This document shows, in pieces, positions 32,625 to 43,382 of a stretch of 64,000 bases of DNA; position 1 is the first letter of the stretch; every line of letters starts with the position of its first letter. Source of the DNA: an uncultured Arcobacter sp. (GTDB lineage Bacteria; Campylobacterota; Campylobacteria; Campylobacterales; Arcobacteraceae); assembly GCA_965140705.1 (NCBI GenBank), contig OZ223302.1, forward strand, positions 448,001 through 512,000, written 5' to 3'. The notes under the pieces were generated by a model that saw nothing but the letters and a program-made list of their open reading frames with translations, made no database searches and was not told the DNA's origin. The translations under genes were made by a program, and so were the position numbers.

Positions 32625-33027
32625 TATATTTACTTTCTATTATATATTTTATATCTATAACAATTTTTATATTGTTTAAATCATTTTTAATCAAAGCTAA
32701 AGTGCCATACCTTACTTTTAAAGCATCTAAATTTGTATCAGTATCACAGACTAATAATATTTTATTTTTTACTATTTTTACATCTTGAATATGCTCTTGT
32801 CCCACTAATTCAACAGCAGTTTCAACTTCTTTATATATCAGTTTTTCGACATCTTTTGAGTCTTCTTTTTTCGTATCTTCTATATTTGAATTTGTTTTTT
32901 CATTATTTGAAGAAAATTGATCACTCATATGAAAATAATAAGCAGTAAACATAGCAACTAATGCAACTACTGAAATTATTTTCATTACATAATTTTTAGG
33001 CCCACTATTCTTTACTGTTACTATCAT
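32614..33027 (-). CDS. hypothetical membrane-anchored protein in flagellar operon
   Basis: Single N-terminal TM; between fliL and flgH. Confidence 0.7.
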   Translation of the reverse strand: MIVTVKNSGPKNYVMKIISVVALVAMFTAYYFHMSDQFSSNNEKTNSNIEDTKKEDSKDVEKLIYKEVETAVELVGQEHIQDVKIVKNKILLVCDTDTNLDALKVRYGTLALIKNDLNNIKIVIDIKYIIESKYNEK

Positions 33028-33032
33028 TTTGA

Positions 33033-33566
33033 TTACTTAATAACAAAAGTTGTAAATAAGACTTCTTTAATACTATTTTTTTGAATCTCAGAATTTGTTG
33101 CAGTTGCATCATTTAAAACTTTATTAATTTCATCTACTAGTTCATCTTTTAACAAGGCTTTCCCCCCTACTGTTAAAAGTTCTTCTGAACTTCTAGCACT
33201 AATTTGAGAGATAACAACATCTACTATTTCTGCTTTATAAGATTCCACTATTGATTCTATTGCAGGGTCATTACTTTTTAGTGTAAAAGAGAGTTTCATA
33301 AGTTTTTCTCTACCTTTTGCATTAGTAATATTCAATACTAAATCATTAATAGCAGCTTTATACATCTCTTTTGAATTGCTCTCTTCTTTTTTAGCCATCT
33401 CTTGCATAGCTTTTTCTTCTTGAGGATTAAATACACCTTGTGAATATAAGAAATATCCACCTCCAATAACAGCCAATAACAAAACAACAATTAGTGCAAT
33501 AAGCACTATCATTAAACCTTTTCCACCACTATTTTTTGGTTTTTCTTCTACAACTTCTTCAGCCAT
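33033..33566 (-). CDS. fliL: flagellar basal body-associated protein FliL
   Basis: N-terminal TM, LVLNI, EELLTVGGKALLKDEL, VLFTTFVI. Confidence 0.9.
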   Translation of the reverse strand: MAEEVVEEKPKNSGGKGLMIVLIALIVVLLLAVIGGGYFLYSQGVFNPQEEKAMQEMAKKEESNSKEMYKAAINDLVLNITNAKGREKLMKLSFTLKSNDPAIESIVESYKAEIVDVVISQISARSSEELLTVGGKALLKDELVDEINKVLNDATATNSEIQKNSIKEVLFTTFVIK

Positions 33567-34060
33567 TATTTCCCTTTCTTACTTTCATCAACTACTGAGT
33601 AGTTTTGGAGCTTTTCAGTAATCTTCGAAGCATTTTTTACAGTCATTGATTTCATAATTTGAGTGACTTTTGCTTCTTTTAATTTCAAGATTATATCAAA
33701 AACATCTTCAATTTTTCCATCATCTATCAATTTATTAAATATTTCAGCTGCATTTTTTGGTTTCATTGCATTATATATTTTTGAAGTTTTTGTAACAACT
33801 TCGCCTTTTATATCTTTTAAAAGTAGTTGATTTTTATCATATATATCTTGGATATTTTTCTTTTCAGTTTTTATTTTAGCTAATAAAGTTTCTAGTTCTT
33901 GTTTTCTTGTTTTATATTCTGCTTCTTTTGTCGTATAAAATTGATTTAACTCTTTTTTTAACTCTATAATCTCTTTTTTTTCTTTAATAAAACTTACCGC
34001 TGTATCTTCTGCAAATAAATGTATTCCTAAAATTAAAACTATTATTAAAAATCTATTCAA
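33566..34060 (-). CDS. MotE/MgtE_N-like periplasmic flagellar protein
   Basis: Signal peptide, coiled coil, IYNAMKPKNAAEIF...IMKSM..KNASKIT. Confidence 0.7.
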   Translation of the reverse strand: MNRFLIIVLILGIHLFAEDTAVSFIKEKKEIIELKKELNQFYTTKEAEYKTRKQELETLLAKIKTEKKNIQDIYDKNQLLLKDIKGEVVTKTSKIYNAMKPKNAAEIFNKLIDDGKIEDVFDIILKLKEAKVTQIMKSMTVKNASKITEKLQNYSVVDESKKGK

Positions 34061-34072
34061 TCTATGTCCTTC

Positions 34073-34477
34073 TCATCCCGTAATATATTTACTTTGTATA
34101 AATTCACTTGCTTGCTCTTCTTCTGCAAGAAGTAATTTTTTGTATAACTCTTTCTTTTCTTCTTTTAGTAAATAATCATACTGTTCAGACTCTTTTTGTA
34201 ACTCTACAATTTCTAAGTTTACTTTTGTCAATTTTGAAAGTAAAAAATTCTTTTGTGACTCTAATTTTTTAGCTTCTTTTCTAAGTGATTCTTTGTGAAT
34301 TTCTAATATCATAAAATCAGAAATTGCTCCGTGTCTATCTACAGTTGCTGTATTTATATTTCTTTTTAATTCATCAATTTGTTCTTCAAAAAGTGAAATT
34401 GAATTTAAAAGTTCAGCTTTAAACATTAGTTTTTGATCTGTTTGAGATTTTTTAAGATTAAAAAGTTTTTTTATCAT
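34073..34477 (-). CDS. FliJ-like coiled-coil protein
   Basis: 134 aa all coiled coil, C-terminal EEEQASE; downstream of fliQ. Confidence 0.6.
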   Translation of the reverse strand: MIKKLFNLKKSQTDQKLMFKAELLNSISLFEEQIDELKRNINTATVDRHGAISDFMILEIHKESLRKEAKKLESQKNFLLSKLTKVNLEIVELQKESEQYDYLLKEEKKELYKKLLLAEEEQASEFIQSKYITG

Positions 34478-34746
34478 CCATTATTCCCAAAGATTAAAAT
34501 CATATTCCATAATTCTTTAGTATAAGTACTAACATTATCCCCAATCCAAGGCAAAGAAATCAAAATAAAAACTGATACTAAAATAACTTTAGGTACAAAA
34601 GATAATGCTGCATCAGAGATTTGAGTTACTGCTTGAAATACAGAAATTAACAACCCAATTACCATACTTACAAGCAATGAAGGTAAGGCTAATAAAAGAA
34701 TAATTTTTACTGTACTTTGAGCAATTCCCAATAAATCCATATTCAT
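34474..34746 (-). CDS. fliQ: flagellar biosynthesis protein FliQ
   Basis: GLLISVFQAVTQISDAALSFVPK. Confidence 0.95.
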   Translation of the reverse strand: MNMDLLGIAQSTVKIILLLALPSLLVSMVIGLLISVFQAVTQISDAALSFVPKVILVSVFILISLPWIGDNVSTYTKELWNMILIFGNNG

Positions 34747-35621
34747 TCTTTTATCTTTACAGTAATTTCTAAGGCTTTACTTTCTAATAATTTAGATAAG
34801 AACTCTTTGATATCATCAGGATTATCAAGTTTGATACTCATCTCTTTTGCCTTATTTTGGATTTTTTTTGCGACTTTTGGTTTAATATCTTTTCCACTAA
34901 ATACATTTAAGATATCCTCTTCACTTAGTTCGTCTAAAGATGTGATATCTTCTAAATTGATATATTCATCCAAATCTTCTAGTGATTTCATTGAGTCATT
35001 AGATTCATTTGACTTCGGTTCAGCAACTGGATTTTCGTTATTTTCAATCATTTGTTCATCTTTATTGATAATTTCTTTTTGAATTTCTTCTTCATTTTCA
35101 GTTTCTTCTTCAATTTCAGGTTCATCCTGTGATAATAAATCTTTTAAATCATCAGTTAATTCATAATCATCCTCTAAATTTTCATCTAAATTCTCACTTT
35201 TATACGCATCATTTACAATATCTGTAATAGAGTCATGAATTTGTGTTCTCTCTTCAGATTCATCAAGTTCATCACCTAAACCCAATTCTTTCATCTTTTT
35301 TAAAATATATCTAGAAATATCATGTATCGAATCAACACTAAAATCCTCAATACCTTTCTCTTTTAAATAACTTTGTTCTATTCCATCTTTAGGCTTTAAA
35401 AACTTTATTTTAGAGTTTATTAAATTTTCTTTTATTATTTTAGTATCATCTATTAAAAATATATCATCACTATTATCTTCAATAAGTTCTTTTAAAGTAC
35501 TCAAAGAACGAACTTCTTGAATTAAGCCCTTACCTTCTAATTTATAATCAATTAGAGTTCTACTTAACTCATCTTTAATATCTTTTTTAAAATTTTGATT
35601 GCCATAAATATAAATATTCAA
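34743..35621 (-). CDS. hypothetical highly acidic protein
   Basis: D/E-rich central linker; first gene of the leftward flagellar operon. Confidence 0.75.
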   Translation of the reverse strand: MNIYIYGNQNFKKDIKDELSRTLIDYKLEGKGLIQEVRSLSTLKELIEDNSDDIFLIDDTKIIKENLINSKIKFLKPKDGIEQSYLKEKGIEDFSVDSIHDISRYILKKMKELGLGDELDESEERTQIHDSITDIVNDAYKSENLDENLEDDYELTDDLKDLLSQDEPEIEEETENEEEIQKEIINKDEQMIENNENPVAEPKSNESNDSMKSLEDLDEYINLEDITSLDELSEEDILNVFSGKDIKPKVAKKIQNKAKEMSIKLDNPDDIKEFLSKLLESKALEITVKIKE

Positions 35622-35711
35622 AGATATTCCTAATTTATTTTTTCATTTATAATATCTAAAATTTATATAAATTTAGATAAAATAAATCAATATTTATACG
35701 AGGTAAACTAT

Positions 35712-36761
35712 TTGAAATTCATTTTTATATTTTTTTTATTTTTTACATCAATTTACGCTCAAACAATAAAAGATATTACGAATATTGTTGGTATTAGAGA
35801 GAATCAACTCTTAGGATATGGCCTAGTGGTAGGACTTGCAGGTACTGGAGACAAGTCAACTTTTACTATGCAAAGTCTACAAAACTTACTTAGAAATTCA
35901 TATATTAAAATACCAACTTCATCTATTAAGTCAAAAAATATAGCAGCAGTTATGGTAACAGCTATGCTTCCTCCTTTTGCAAGACAAGGGGATAAAATAA
36001 AAGTAAAAATTTCTGCCATTGGGGATGCAAAATCAATCAATAATGGTGAACTACTATTAACACAATTAAAGGGTGTAGATGGTAATGTATATGGCCTTGC
36101 TCAAGGTACTATTATTGCTGATAGAGATAATGAAACTACAGGTATGATTTATGATGGAGCAATGATTGAAAATGAAGTTCCATTTACCCTAAAAAATGAG
36201 AAGGACTTAACCTTAAGTTTAATAAAAGCTTCTGCTACTGATGCAGATATGATTCAAAGAAAGATTAATGAAAAGTTTGGAGCAAAAATTGCTTTTGCTG
36301 AAGATACAAGAACTGTAACAGTAAAAAAACCACCTAATATATCTATGGTTAGATTTATTGCCCAAGTTCAAACTATAAATTTGGATTCATCATTCAAAAA
36401 AAGAATTATTATTGATTTAAACAGACAAATGATAATATCAGGGAATGAAGTTCCAATAGGCCCAGTTACTGTTTCAAAAGACAATTTTATTATACGAATC
36501 AAAAAATCAGATTTAAATGATGAACAATGGGATAATGTAGAAGTAAATAAGGGTAAAAATATTGGTGATGACATTGTTATTGCTGATAAACCTGTTGTAG
36601 ATTTAGATAATACAATGATTAATACAAAAGGTACACCTAAAGTATCTGACTTAGTTCGAGCAATGAAAGTTATGAAACTACCTATGAGTGATATAATTGA
36701 TACACTAAAACTAATAAAAGAGTTAGGTGCTCTTGATGCAGAACTTGAGATAAGAGGATAA
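35712..36761 (+). CDS. flgI: flagellar P-ring protein
   Basis: GIRENQLLGYGLVVGLAGTGD, KNIAAVMVTAMLPPFA, GALDAEL. Confidence 0.96.
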   Translation: MKFIFIFFLFFTSIYAQTIKDITNIVGIRENQLLGYGLVVGLAGTGDKSTFTMQSLQNLLRNSYIKIPTSSIKSKNIAAVMVTAMLPPFARQGDKIKVKISAIGDAKSINNGELLLTQLKGVDGNVYGLAQGTIIADRDNETTGMIYDGAMIENEVPFTLKNEKDLTLSLIKASATDADMIQRKINEKFGAKIAFAEDTRTVTVKKPPNISMVRFIAQVQTINLDSSFKKRIIIDLNRQMIISGNEVPIGPVTVSKDNFIIRIKKSDLNDEQWDNVEVNKGKNIGDDIVIADKPVVDLDNTMINTKGTPKVSDLVRAMKVMKLPMSDIIDTLKLIKELGALDAELEIRG

Positions 36762-36764
36762 GAG

Positions 36765-37859
36765 ATGGCAGAGTTTTTAAGTCAAGATGAAATTGATGCT
36801 CTTTTAGATATAGCCGAACAAGGCGAAGATATTGATAAAACGGCAGAAGAGCCAATAATATCAAAAGAAAAAAACTATTCTATTTATGACTTTAAAAAAC
36901 CAAATCGTATCTCAAATGAACAATTTAAAGCATTCTCTACACTACATGATAAAATGTTAAGGGACCTTATTACTGACCTTTCAGCAATGCTTAGAAAAAT
37001 AGTTGATATAAAATTATACTCAATTGAACAAATGACTTATGGTGAATTTATTTTATCAATTCCACAATTAACTTCCCTAAATACCTTATCAATAAAACCA
37101 CTTGATGGAAGAATAGTAATTGAGTGTAATCCTGGTATTTCACACAAAATTATTGCAGAACTATTAGGAAGTGGTTCGGTTGCTTCAAGTGACAATTTAG
37201 ATAGAGAGTTAACAGAAATTGAAGTTGAAATTTTTGATCACTTCTATAAACTAATTGTTTCTCATTTATACAAAGCTTGGGATGAGATTACAACCCTAAA
37301 TTTCAAAATAGAATCAAGGGATACAAATGCAAATGCTATTCAAATAATTTCAGACCATGAGATTGTTTTACTAGTTGTTTTAGAGTTTACAATTGATGAA
37401 GAGTCAGGATTCTTGTCTATTTGTTACCCTATTTCTTACATAGAGACTTTATTAAATAAAATTGTTACAAAAATCTTTGCAGAAGGTAGAAATAAAAAAG
37501 CAAGTAGAAAAAAAGATATTACAACTTTGATTTCTGGTGCAAAGATGAATATAGAAGCAATTATGGCTGAAACAGTTTTAAAAACTTCAGAAATATTAGA
37601 TTTAAAAGAAGGAGATGTTATAGTATTTAACAAAAACTCAACATCTGCCACATCTAAAGTTTACATAAATAAAAAAGAGAAATTCCTAGCAATTAGTGGA
37701 CTCTCAAATAATAGAAAAGCTGTTCAAATAAAAGCTAATATTGATCATGAAAAAATGGAAACACTTGAAACATTAAGAGGAATGAGAGAAGAGAGAATTC
37801 TAAAAGCTAAAGAAACACAAGAAAAAATTGCTCAATTATTATCAGAAAGAGACGACTAA
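36765..37859 (+). CDS. fliM: flagellar motor switch protein FliM
   Basis: LSQDEIDALL, YDFKKPNR, EQMTYGEF, RELTEIE. Confidence 0.96.
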   Translation: MAEFLSQDEIDALLDIAEQGEDIDKTAEEPIISKEKNYSIYDFKKPNRISNEQFKAFSTLHDKMLRDLITDLSAMLRKIVDIKLYSIEQMTYGEFILSIPQLTSLNTLSIKPLDGRIVIECNPGISHKIIAELLGSGSVASSDNLDRELTEIEVEIFDHFYKLIVSHLYKAWDEITTLNFKIESRDTNANAIQIISDHEIVLLVVLEFTIDEESGFLSICYPISYIETLLNKIVTKIFAEGRNKKASRKKDITTLISGAKMNIEAIMAETVLKTSEILDLKEGDVIVFNKNSTSATSKVYINKKEKFLAISGLSNNRKAVQIKANIDHEKMETLETLRGMREERILKAKETQEKIAQLLSERDD

Positions 37860-37864
37860 GTCTC

Positions 37865-38877
37865 TTACTTTATACTCCAAACTAACTTTTGATTATTATA
37901 CATAGGTACAACATTTTCACCAAAATCTTCATAAAGATTAGGTACAGTAAACTCTTCTTTTACCAATGTAATATCTTTTTTTAAAGCTTTAAAGTCATAT
38001 ATCTTTTGAGCATTTAGGCTTAAAAAAGCATTTAACTTATCTAAACTATTATGTTTTTCAAAAAGCTCAGCTAAAACTTGCAGAGCAATAGGCGAAGTAA
38101 AAACACCAGCTGCACAACCACAAGACTCTTTTTTATGCTTAGGATGTGGAGCAGAATCAGAACCAAACATAACCTTTGGATTGCCAGTGATTGCTGCATT
38201 TAATAAAGAATCTCTATCTTCATATCTTTTTGCTATTGGTTTACAAAAAAGATGCGGCTGAAGCATTCCACCTGCTACATCATCTAAAGTTATTATTAGA
38301 TGGTGCAAAGTAATTGTTGCATATAAATTATCATATTTATCTAATAAATCAACAGCATCTTTAGTTGTAATATGTTCCATAATAATTTTTAATTTAGGAA
38401 AACTTTTTGCCAAACCTTCATATATCGGCATAAACTCCTTTTCCCTGTCCATTACAAATCCATTTGTTTCACCATGAACACATAAAGGAATACCCAAATC
38501 ACTCATAGCCTCTAAAGTAGGTCTTAGACTTTGGGCATCTATAGCTGCTACTCCATTTTCAGAATTTGTAGTAATTCCAGCAGGATATAGTTTTATTCCA
38601 ATAATTTCATCTTTTACTTCTTCTAAGAATTCCCTTGAATATTCTTGAAAGAATAGAGTCATAAAGGGTTCAAAAGTATCCCCTTTACATGCTTCAAGTA
38701 TTCTAGACTTGTAAGATAATAAAGCCTCTTTAGTTGTAATAGGAGGTACAAGGTTTGGCATAACCAAAGCACCTGCAAAAGTTTTTGAAGTAAGAGGACC
38801 AACTAATTTTAGCATCTCCCCATCTCTTAAGTGAAGATGCATATCTAAAGGTGAGTTAAGTGTGATTTCTTTACTCA

Positions 38878-38878
<1 letters not shown>
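37865..38878 (-). CDS. pyrC: dihydroorotase (homodimeric type)
   Basis: DMHLHLRDG, MPNL, KLYPAGITTNS, EHITT, GSDSAPH. Confidence 0.97.
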
Positions 38879-39237
<359 letters not shown>

Positions 39238-39313
39238 TTATATTTTAACAAAATAGTTTTAAATAAACCTAATCTTTTTAAATAAAGCTTAATTTACTAT
39301 TTTCCCTACAGTT

Positions 39314-40498
39314 TTAAAATGCCCGTTTAAACTCTGGATATGCTTCTAGTCCACACTCATCTACATCTAATCCTTGCATCTCTTCATCTTTTTCTGCTCT
39401 TAGAGGTATAAACTTATTAATTATATATAATACGATAAAAGATGATACAAAAGCAAACACTCCCACAACAACTACACCTTTTAATTGACCTAAAAGTGTT
39501 ATATCATCTCCATTTGATGCAAAAATACCAACAGCTAAAGTTCCCCAAATACCATTTAATAAATGAACTGATAAGGCTCCAACTGGATCATCAAGTTTTA
39601 ACTTATCAAAAAAACTAACTCCAAAGATTACTAAAATTCCCCCTATTGCTCCTATTAAAATAGGAGTATAAATATCATATAAATTTGGACCTGCTGTAAT
39701 TGCAACTAAACCACCAAGTGCTCCATTTAGTACCATTGTAATATCAAGTTTATGATATCTAAAGTACATATAAATACCTACAAGAATTGCTCCTGAAAGA
39801 CCAGCTGTATTTGTATTCATAATAGTCAAAGCAACAGCATCTGCGCTCTCTTTAGATGCAATTGAACCAATACTTCCACCATTAAAACCAAACCACCCAA
39901 TCCATAAAAGAAATGCACCCAAAGTTACAAGGGGAATATTAGAAGCTGGTATTACTTTTACTCCTCCTTCTTTAGGATATCTTCCTCGTCTAGCTCCAAT
40001 TATTAATATTGCAGCTAATAATGCCCAACCACCAGTGCTATGAATAACAGTTGAACCAGCTAAATCATACATATTTAAATCTAATATTGTACTTTTTAGC
40101 ATATCACTTCCCCAAGACCAATTTACAATTATAGGATAAATTAATGCACCCATAACAATTGTAAACAACCCAAGAGGTAGAACCTTTGCCCTTTCACTAA
40201 CTCCCCCTGACATTATGTTAATTACCTTACCAACAAATGCCATTTGAAATAAAAATGCAGCCCATTTACTCATACTATCACTTCCAAAATCACCAAAAGC
40301 TACTGAGTAACCAAGCAATAAAAAAGCCAGAGAAGCCACTGCATAAATCATCGTATTGACCATTAAAACTGCACTAACATTTTTAGTACGTACAAGTCCA
40401 GCTTCCAACATAGCAAAACCTGGAACCATAAAAATGATTAAAGTCATTGCAAAAAGAGCAAAAAAGGTGTCAATCACATAAGCAATATTTGCATCCAT
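39314..40498 (-). CDS. amtB: ammonium transporter (Amt) paralog 1
   Basis: GFAMLEAG, DLAGSTVIH, GWFGFNGGS, DDPVGALSVH. Confidence 0.93.
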   Translation of the reverse strand: MDANIAYVIDTFFALFAMTLIIFMVPGFAMLEAGLVRTKNVSAVLMVNTMIYAVASLAFLLLGYSVAFGDFGSDSMSKWAAFLFQMAFVGKVINIMSGGVSERAKVLPLGLFTIVMGALIYPIIVNWSWGSDMLKSTILDLNMYDLAGSTVIHSTGGWALLAAILIIGARRGRYPKEGGVKVIPASNIPLVTLGAFLLWIGWFGFNGGSIGSIASKESADAVALTIMNTNTAGLSGAILVGIYMYFRYHKLDITMVLNGALGGLVAITAGPNLYDIYTPILIGAIGGILVIFGVSFFDKLKLDDPVGALSVHLLNGIWGTLAVGIFASNGDDITLLGQLKGVVVVGVFAFVSSFIVLYIINKFIPLRAEKDEEMQGLDVDECGLEAYPEFKRAF

Positions 40499-40625
40499 TA
40501 TTATCCTTTTAATATTTTAAGCAAATTATATATTATGTAATTAATTTTTTATTTATTTAAGTGGGTGTTTTTTATACACAAAATAAGGTGATAATTTTAT
40601 ATATTAAGTTAAGTAGTTGTTTTTT

Positions 40626-40642
40626 TGTATAATTTATATACA
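40626..40642. promoter_or_regulatory. TGTATA-N5-TATACA operator, copy 1
   Basis: TGTATAatttaTATACA upstream of amt paralog 1; same motif at 42401 and 43349. Confidence 0.7.
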
Positions 40643-40647
40643 AAATA

Positions 40648-40673
40648 AAGAAGTGTCAGAGATAACACTTCTT
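40648..40673 (-). terminator. terminator-like hairpin after P-II gene
   Basis: AAGAAGTGT-N8-ACACTTCTT. Confidence 0.55.
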
Positions 40674-40704
40674 ATATTTTGAAAAAAGTATTTACTTTTT
40701 AAAA

Positions 40705-41055
<351 letters not shown>

Positions 41056-41085
41056 TTAATATATTTTAAAAAATTCATCTTCTCG

Positions 41086-41111
41086 AAAAAGGTAAGAGTT
41101 CTTACCTTTTT
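41086..41111 (-). terminator. hairpin between amt and P-II
   Basis: AAAAAGGTAAG-AGTT-CTTACCTTTTT. Confidence 0.55.
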
Positions 41112-41119
41112 ATAAGCAT

Positions 41120-42334
41120 TTATGCTCTTTTAAACTCTGGGTAAGTTTCAAGTCCAGTTTCATGAATATCTAAACCTTGAACTTCAATCTCTTCACTTAC
41201 TCTTAATCCAACAACTAGATCTAAAATTTTCCATACTACAAATGAAGCTATGAAAACAAACGCACCAACAATAACGATACCTTTTACTTGAGCCATAATT
41301 GTAACTTCTGGATTGAAAATACCTACAGCTAAAGTTCCCCAAATACCAGCAACTAAGTGAACAGATAAGGCACCAACTGGATCATCAATTCTTAACTTAT
41401 CGAACATAGGAACAGCAAATACAACTAAAGCACCACCAACTATACCTTCAATAAACGCAACCATCATACCTAAATCTGGTCCTGCAGTACAAGATACAAG
41501 TCCCGCTAAAGCACCATTTAATACCATAGTTAAATCAACTTTTTTATAAATAAGTTGAGTTAAAATTGCAGCTATAACAGCACCTGCACAAGCAGCCATA
41601 TTTGTATCAGCAACAACTAAAGCAATACCATCAATATCAGCTTTTGAACCTAGTGCTAATTGAGAACCACCATTAAATCCAAACCATCCCATCCATAAAA
41701 TGAATGTACCAAGTGTTGCTAATGTTAAATTTGAACCAGGAATTGGTCTAACTGAACCATCTTTACCATATTTACCTTTTCTAGCTCCTAAGATAAGAAC
41801 ACCAGCTAAAGCAGCCCATCCACCAACAGAGTGAACAATAGTAGAACCTGCGAAGTCAGAGAATCCAGCCATAACACCACCTAATTCACTTCCTCCCCAA
41901 GACCAATGTCCTTGTATTGGATAAATAACACCACTTAAAATTACTGTAAAGATTAAGAAAGGCCATAATTTCATTCTCTCTGCAATTGAACCTGAAATAA
42001 CAGATGCAGCAGTAGCAACGAAAACAACTTGGAAGAAGAAATCAGCAGCAGCAGGATATGCAGCATCAGCAGCAGTTACCATACTAATTGTTGAGAAGCT
42101 ACCCATTATAGATCCACCATCTCCGTACATTAAGTTATAACCAACAAAATAATACATAATACAAGAAATTGCAAATAAAGCAAGATTTTTTGTTAACACA
42201 GTAGCATTATTCTTTGATCTTGTTAAACCAGATTCTAACATAGCAAACCCAGCTGCCATCCACATTACTAGGACTCCCATTACAATAAATAAGAACCCAT
42301 CAAGAACATATTTTACATCAGCAAAATTTTCCAT
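41120..42334 (-). CDS. amtB: ammonium transporter (Amt) paralog 2
   Basis: GFAMLESG, DFAGSTIVH, GWFGFNGGS, DDPVGALSVH; ATG 42334 after AAGGA RBS. Confidence 0.95.
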   Translation of the reverse strand: MENFADVKYVLDGFLFIVMGVLVMWMAAGFAMLESGLTRSKNNATVLTKNLALFAISCIMYYFVGYNLMYGDGGSIMGSFSTISMVTAADAAYPAAADFFFQVVFVATAASVISGSIAERMKLWPFLIFTVILSGVIYPIQGHWSWGGSELGGVMAGFSDFAGSTIVHSVGGWAALAGVLILGARKGKYGKDGSVRPIPGSNLTLATLGTFILWMGWFGFNGGSQLALGSKADIDGIALVVADTNMAACAGAVIAAILTQLIYKKVDLTMVLNGALAGLVSCTAGPDLGMMVAFIEGIVGGALVVFAVPMFDKLRIDDPVGALSVHLVAGIWGTLAVGIFNPEVTIMAQVKGIVIVGAFVFIASFVVWKILDLVVGLRVSEEIEVQGLDIHETGLETYPEFKRA

Positions 42335-42400
42335 TTTTTTCCTTTTCAAATTGATATGAACAAGTATAAAATAAATTAAAAACTTTCGCTAGACTTAATC

Positions 42401-42417
42401 TGTATAATTAGTATACA
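42401..42417. promoter_or_regulatory. TGTATA-N5-TATACA operator, copy 2
   Basis: TGTATAattagTATACA between divergent amt2 and the 42484 ORF. Confidence 0.7.
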
Positions 42418-42483
42418 ATTATGCTTTTTTTTACTTTTAATTAAAATGATATAATCTAAACAACTTAAATAAGGGAAATATAA

Positions 42484-43347
42484 ATGGAAGAATTTTTAAC
42501 AATATATGATGTAAATAAAGACAAAATAGAAGACTTTATTTTAAACAGTATCCACAACTTAGGGAATATAAGAGATTATGAGAGAAGTAATTATGCAAAT
42601 TTATTTTCAATTTTTCCTTCATTGGAATTAGTTTACACTGTAAATAAAGACACAAAAATACAAAATTCTCCAAACTATTATAAAAAAAGAGTGGACAAAA
42701 GTGCCAATAATGAAAGTCGCACTTATATCTTAGATAAACTACACTTTAGGGATAAAAATACCGCTTTTTCTTCTCCATATATAAGTAGTGCTACAAGAAG
42801 TAATTGTATAACTCTTACAATAAAAGAAGATGATATCATTATTTTTTTAGATTTTAAAATAGAGACTTTACTTGAAAGATTAGAATTAATAGAATTAAAT
42901 AAGCCCTTCCATACACTTACAAAAATATTTTATGGCATAGCTGGTTTTTCTTTAGCCTTACTTGCTTTATTTCTTATAATATACTCACTTGGTACTTTTT
43001 TGACAAGTATGGTTTTACATAGTGATTTTACTCTTGATGCAATATTTAAACCTATCATTGCACTTACACTTGGAATAGCAATATTTGATTTAGCCAAAAC
43101 CATATTAGAACAAGAAGTATATTTTAAATCCTATTCAAGGAATTCTAAAGTAGATACAAAAATGGTAACTAAATTCTTAATTACAATTATAATTGCCCTA
43201 TCAATTGAAGGTCTAATGGTAGTTTTCAAAATAGCAATAGAAAATTACACTCAAATGATAAATGCCCTTTATTTGATAACTGGTATATCTTTTATAATCA
43301 TTGCCCTATCAATTTTCATTTATTTAACTTCAAAAAAATCTAAATAA
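42484..43347 (+). CDS. hypothetical protein: N-terminal PDC/Cache-like domain plus ~4 C-terminal TM helices
   Basis: FSSPYISSATRSNCITL resembles the Cache/PDC PY.S motif; hydrophobic C-terminus. Confidence 0.65.
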   Translation: MEEFLTIYDVNKDKIEDFILNSIHNLGNIRDYERSNYANLFSIFPSLELVYTVNKDTKIQNSPNYYKKRVDKSANNESRTYILDKLHFRDKNTAFSSPYISSATRSNCITLTIKEDDIIIFLDFKIETLLERLELIELNKPFHTLTKIFYGIAGFSLALLALFLIIYSLGTFLTSMVLHSDFTLDAIFKPIIALTLGIAIFDLAKTILEQEVYFKSYSRNSKVDTKMVTKFLITIIIALSIEGLMVVFKIAIENYTQMINALYLITGISFIIIALSIFIYLTSKKSK

Positions 43348-43348
43348 T

Positions 43349-43365
43349 TGTATACTATATATACA
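43349..43365. promoter_or_regulatory. TGTATA-N5-TATACA operator, copy 3 (overlaps TATACT -10)
   Basis: TGTATActataTATACA 17 bp upstream of the NtrC/Fis-like gene. Confidence 0.7.
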
Positions 43366-43382
43366 AAATTAAGAGGATAATT

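Noticed and set aside
34900..35300. Apparent repeats in the acidic flagellar-operon protein
   Set aside because: Low-complexity Asp/Glu-rich linker, with no true nucleotide tandem repeat
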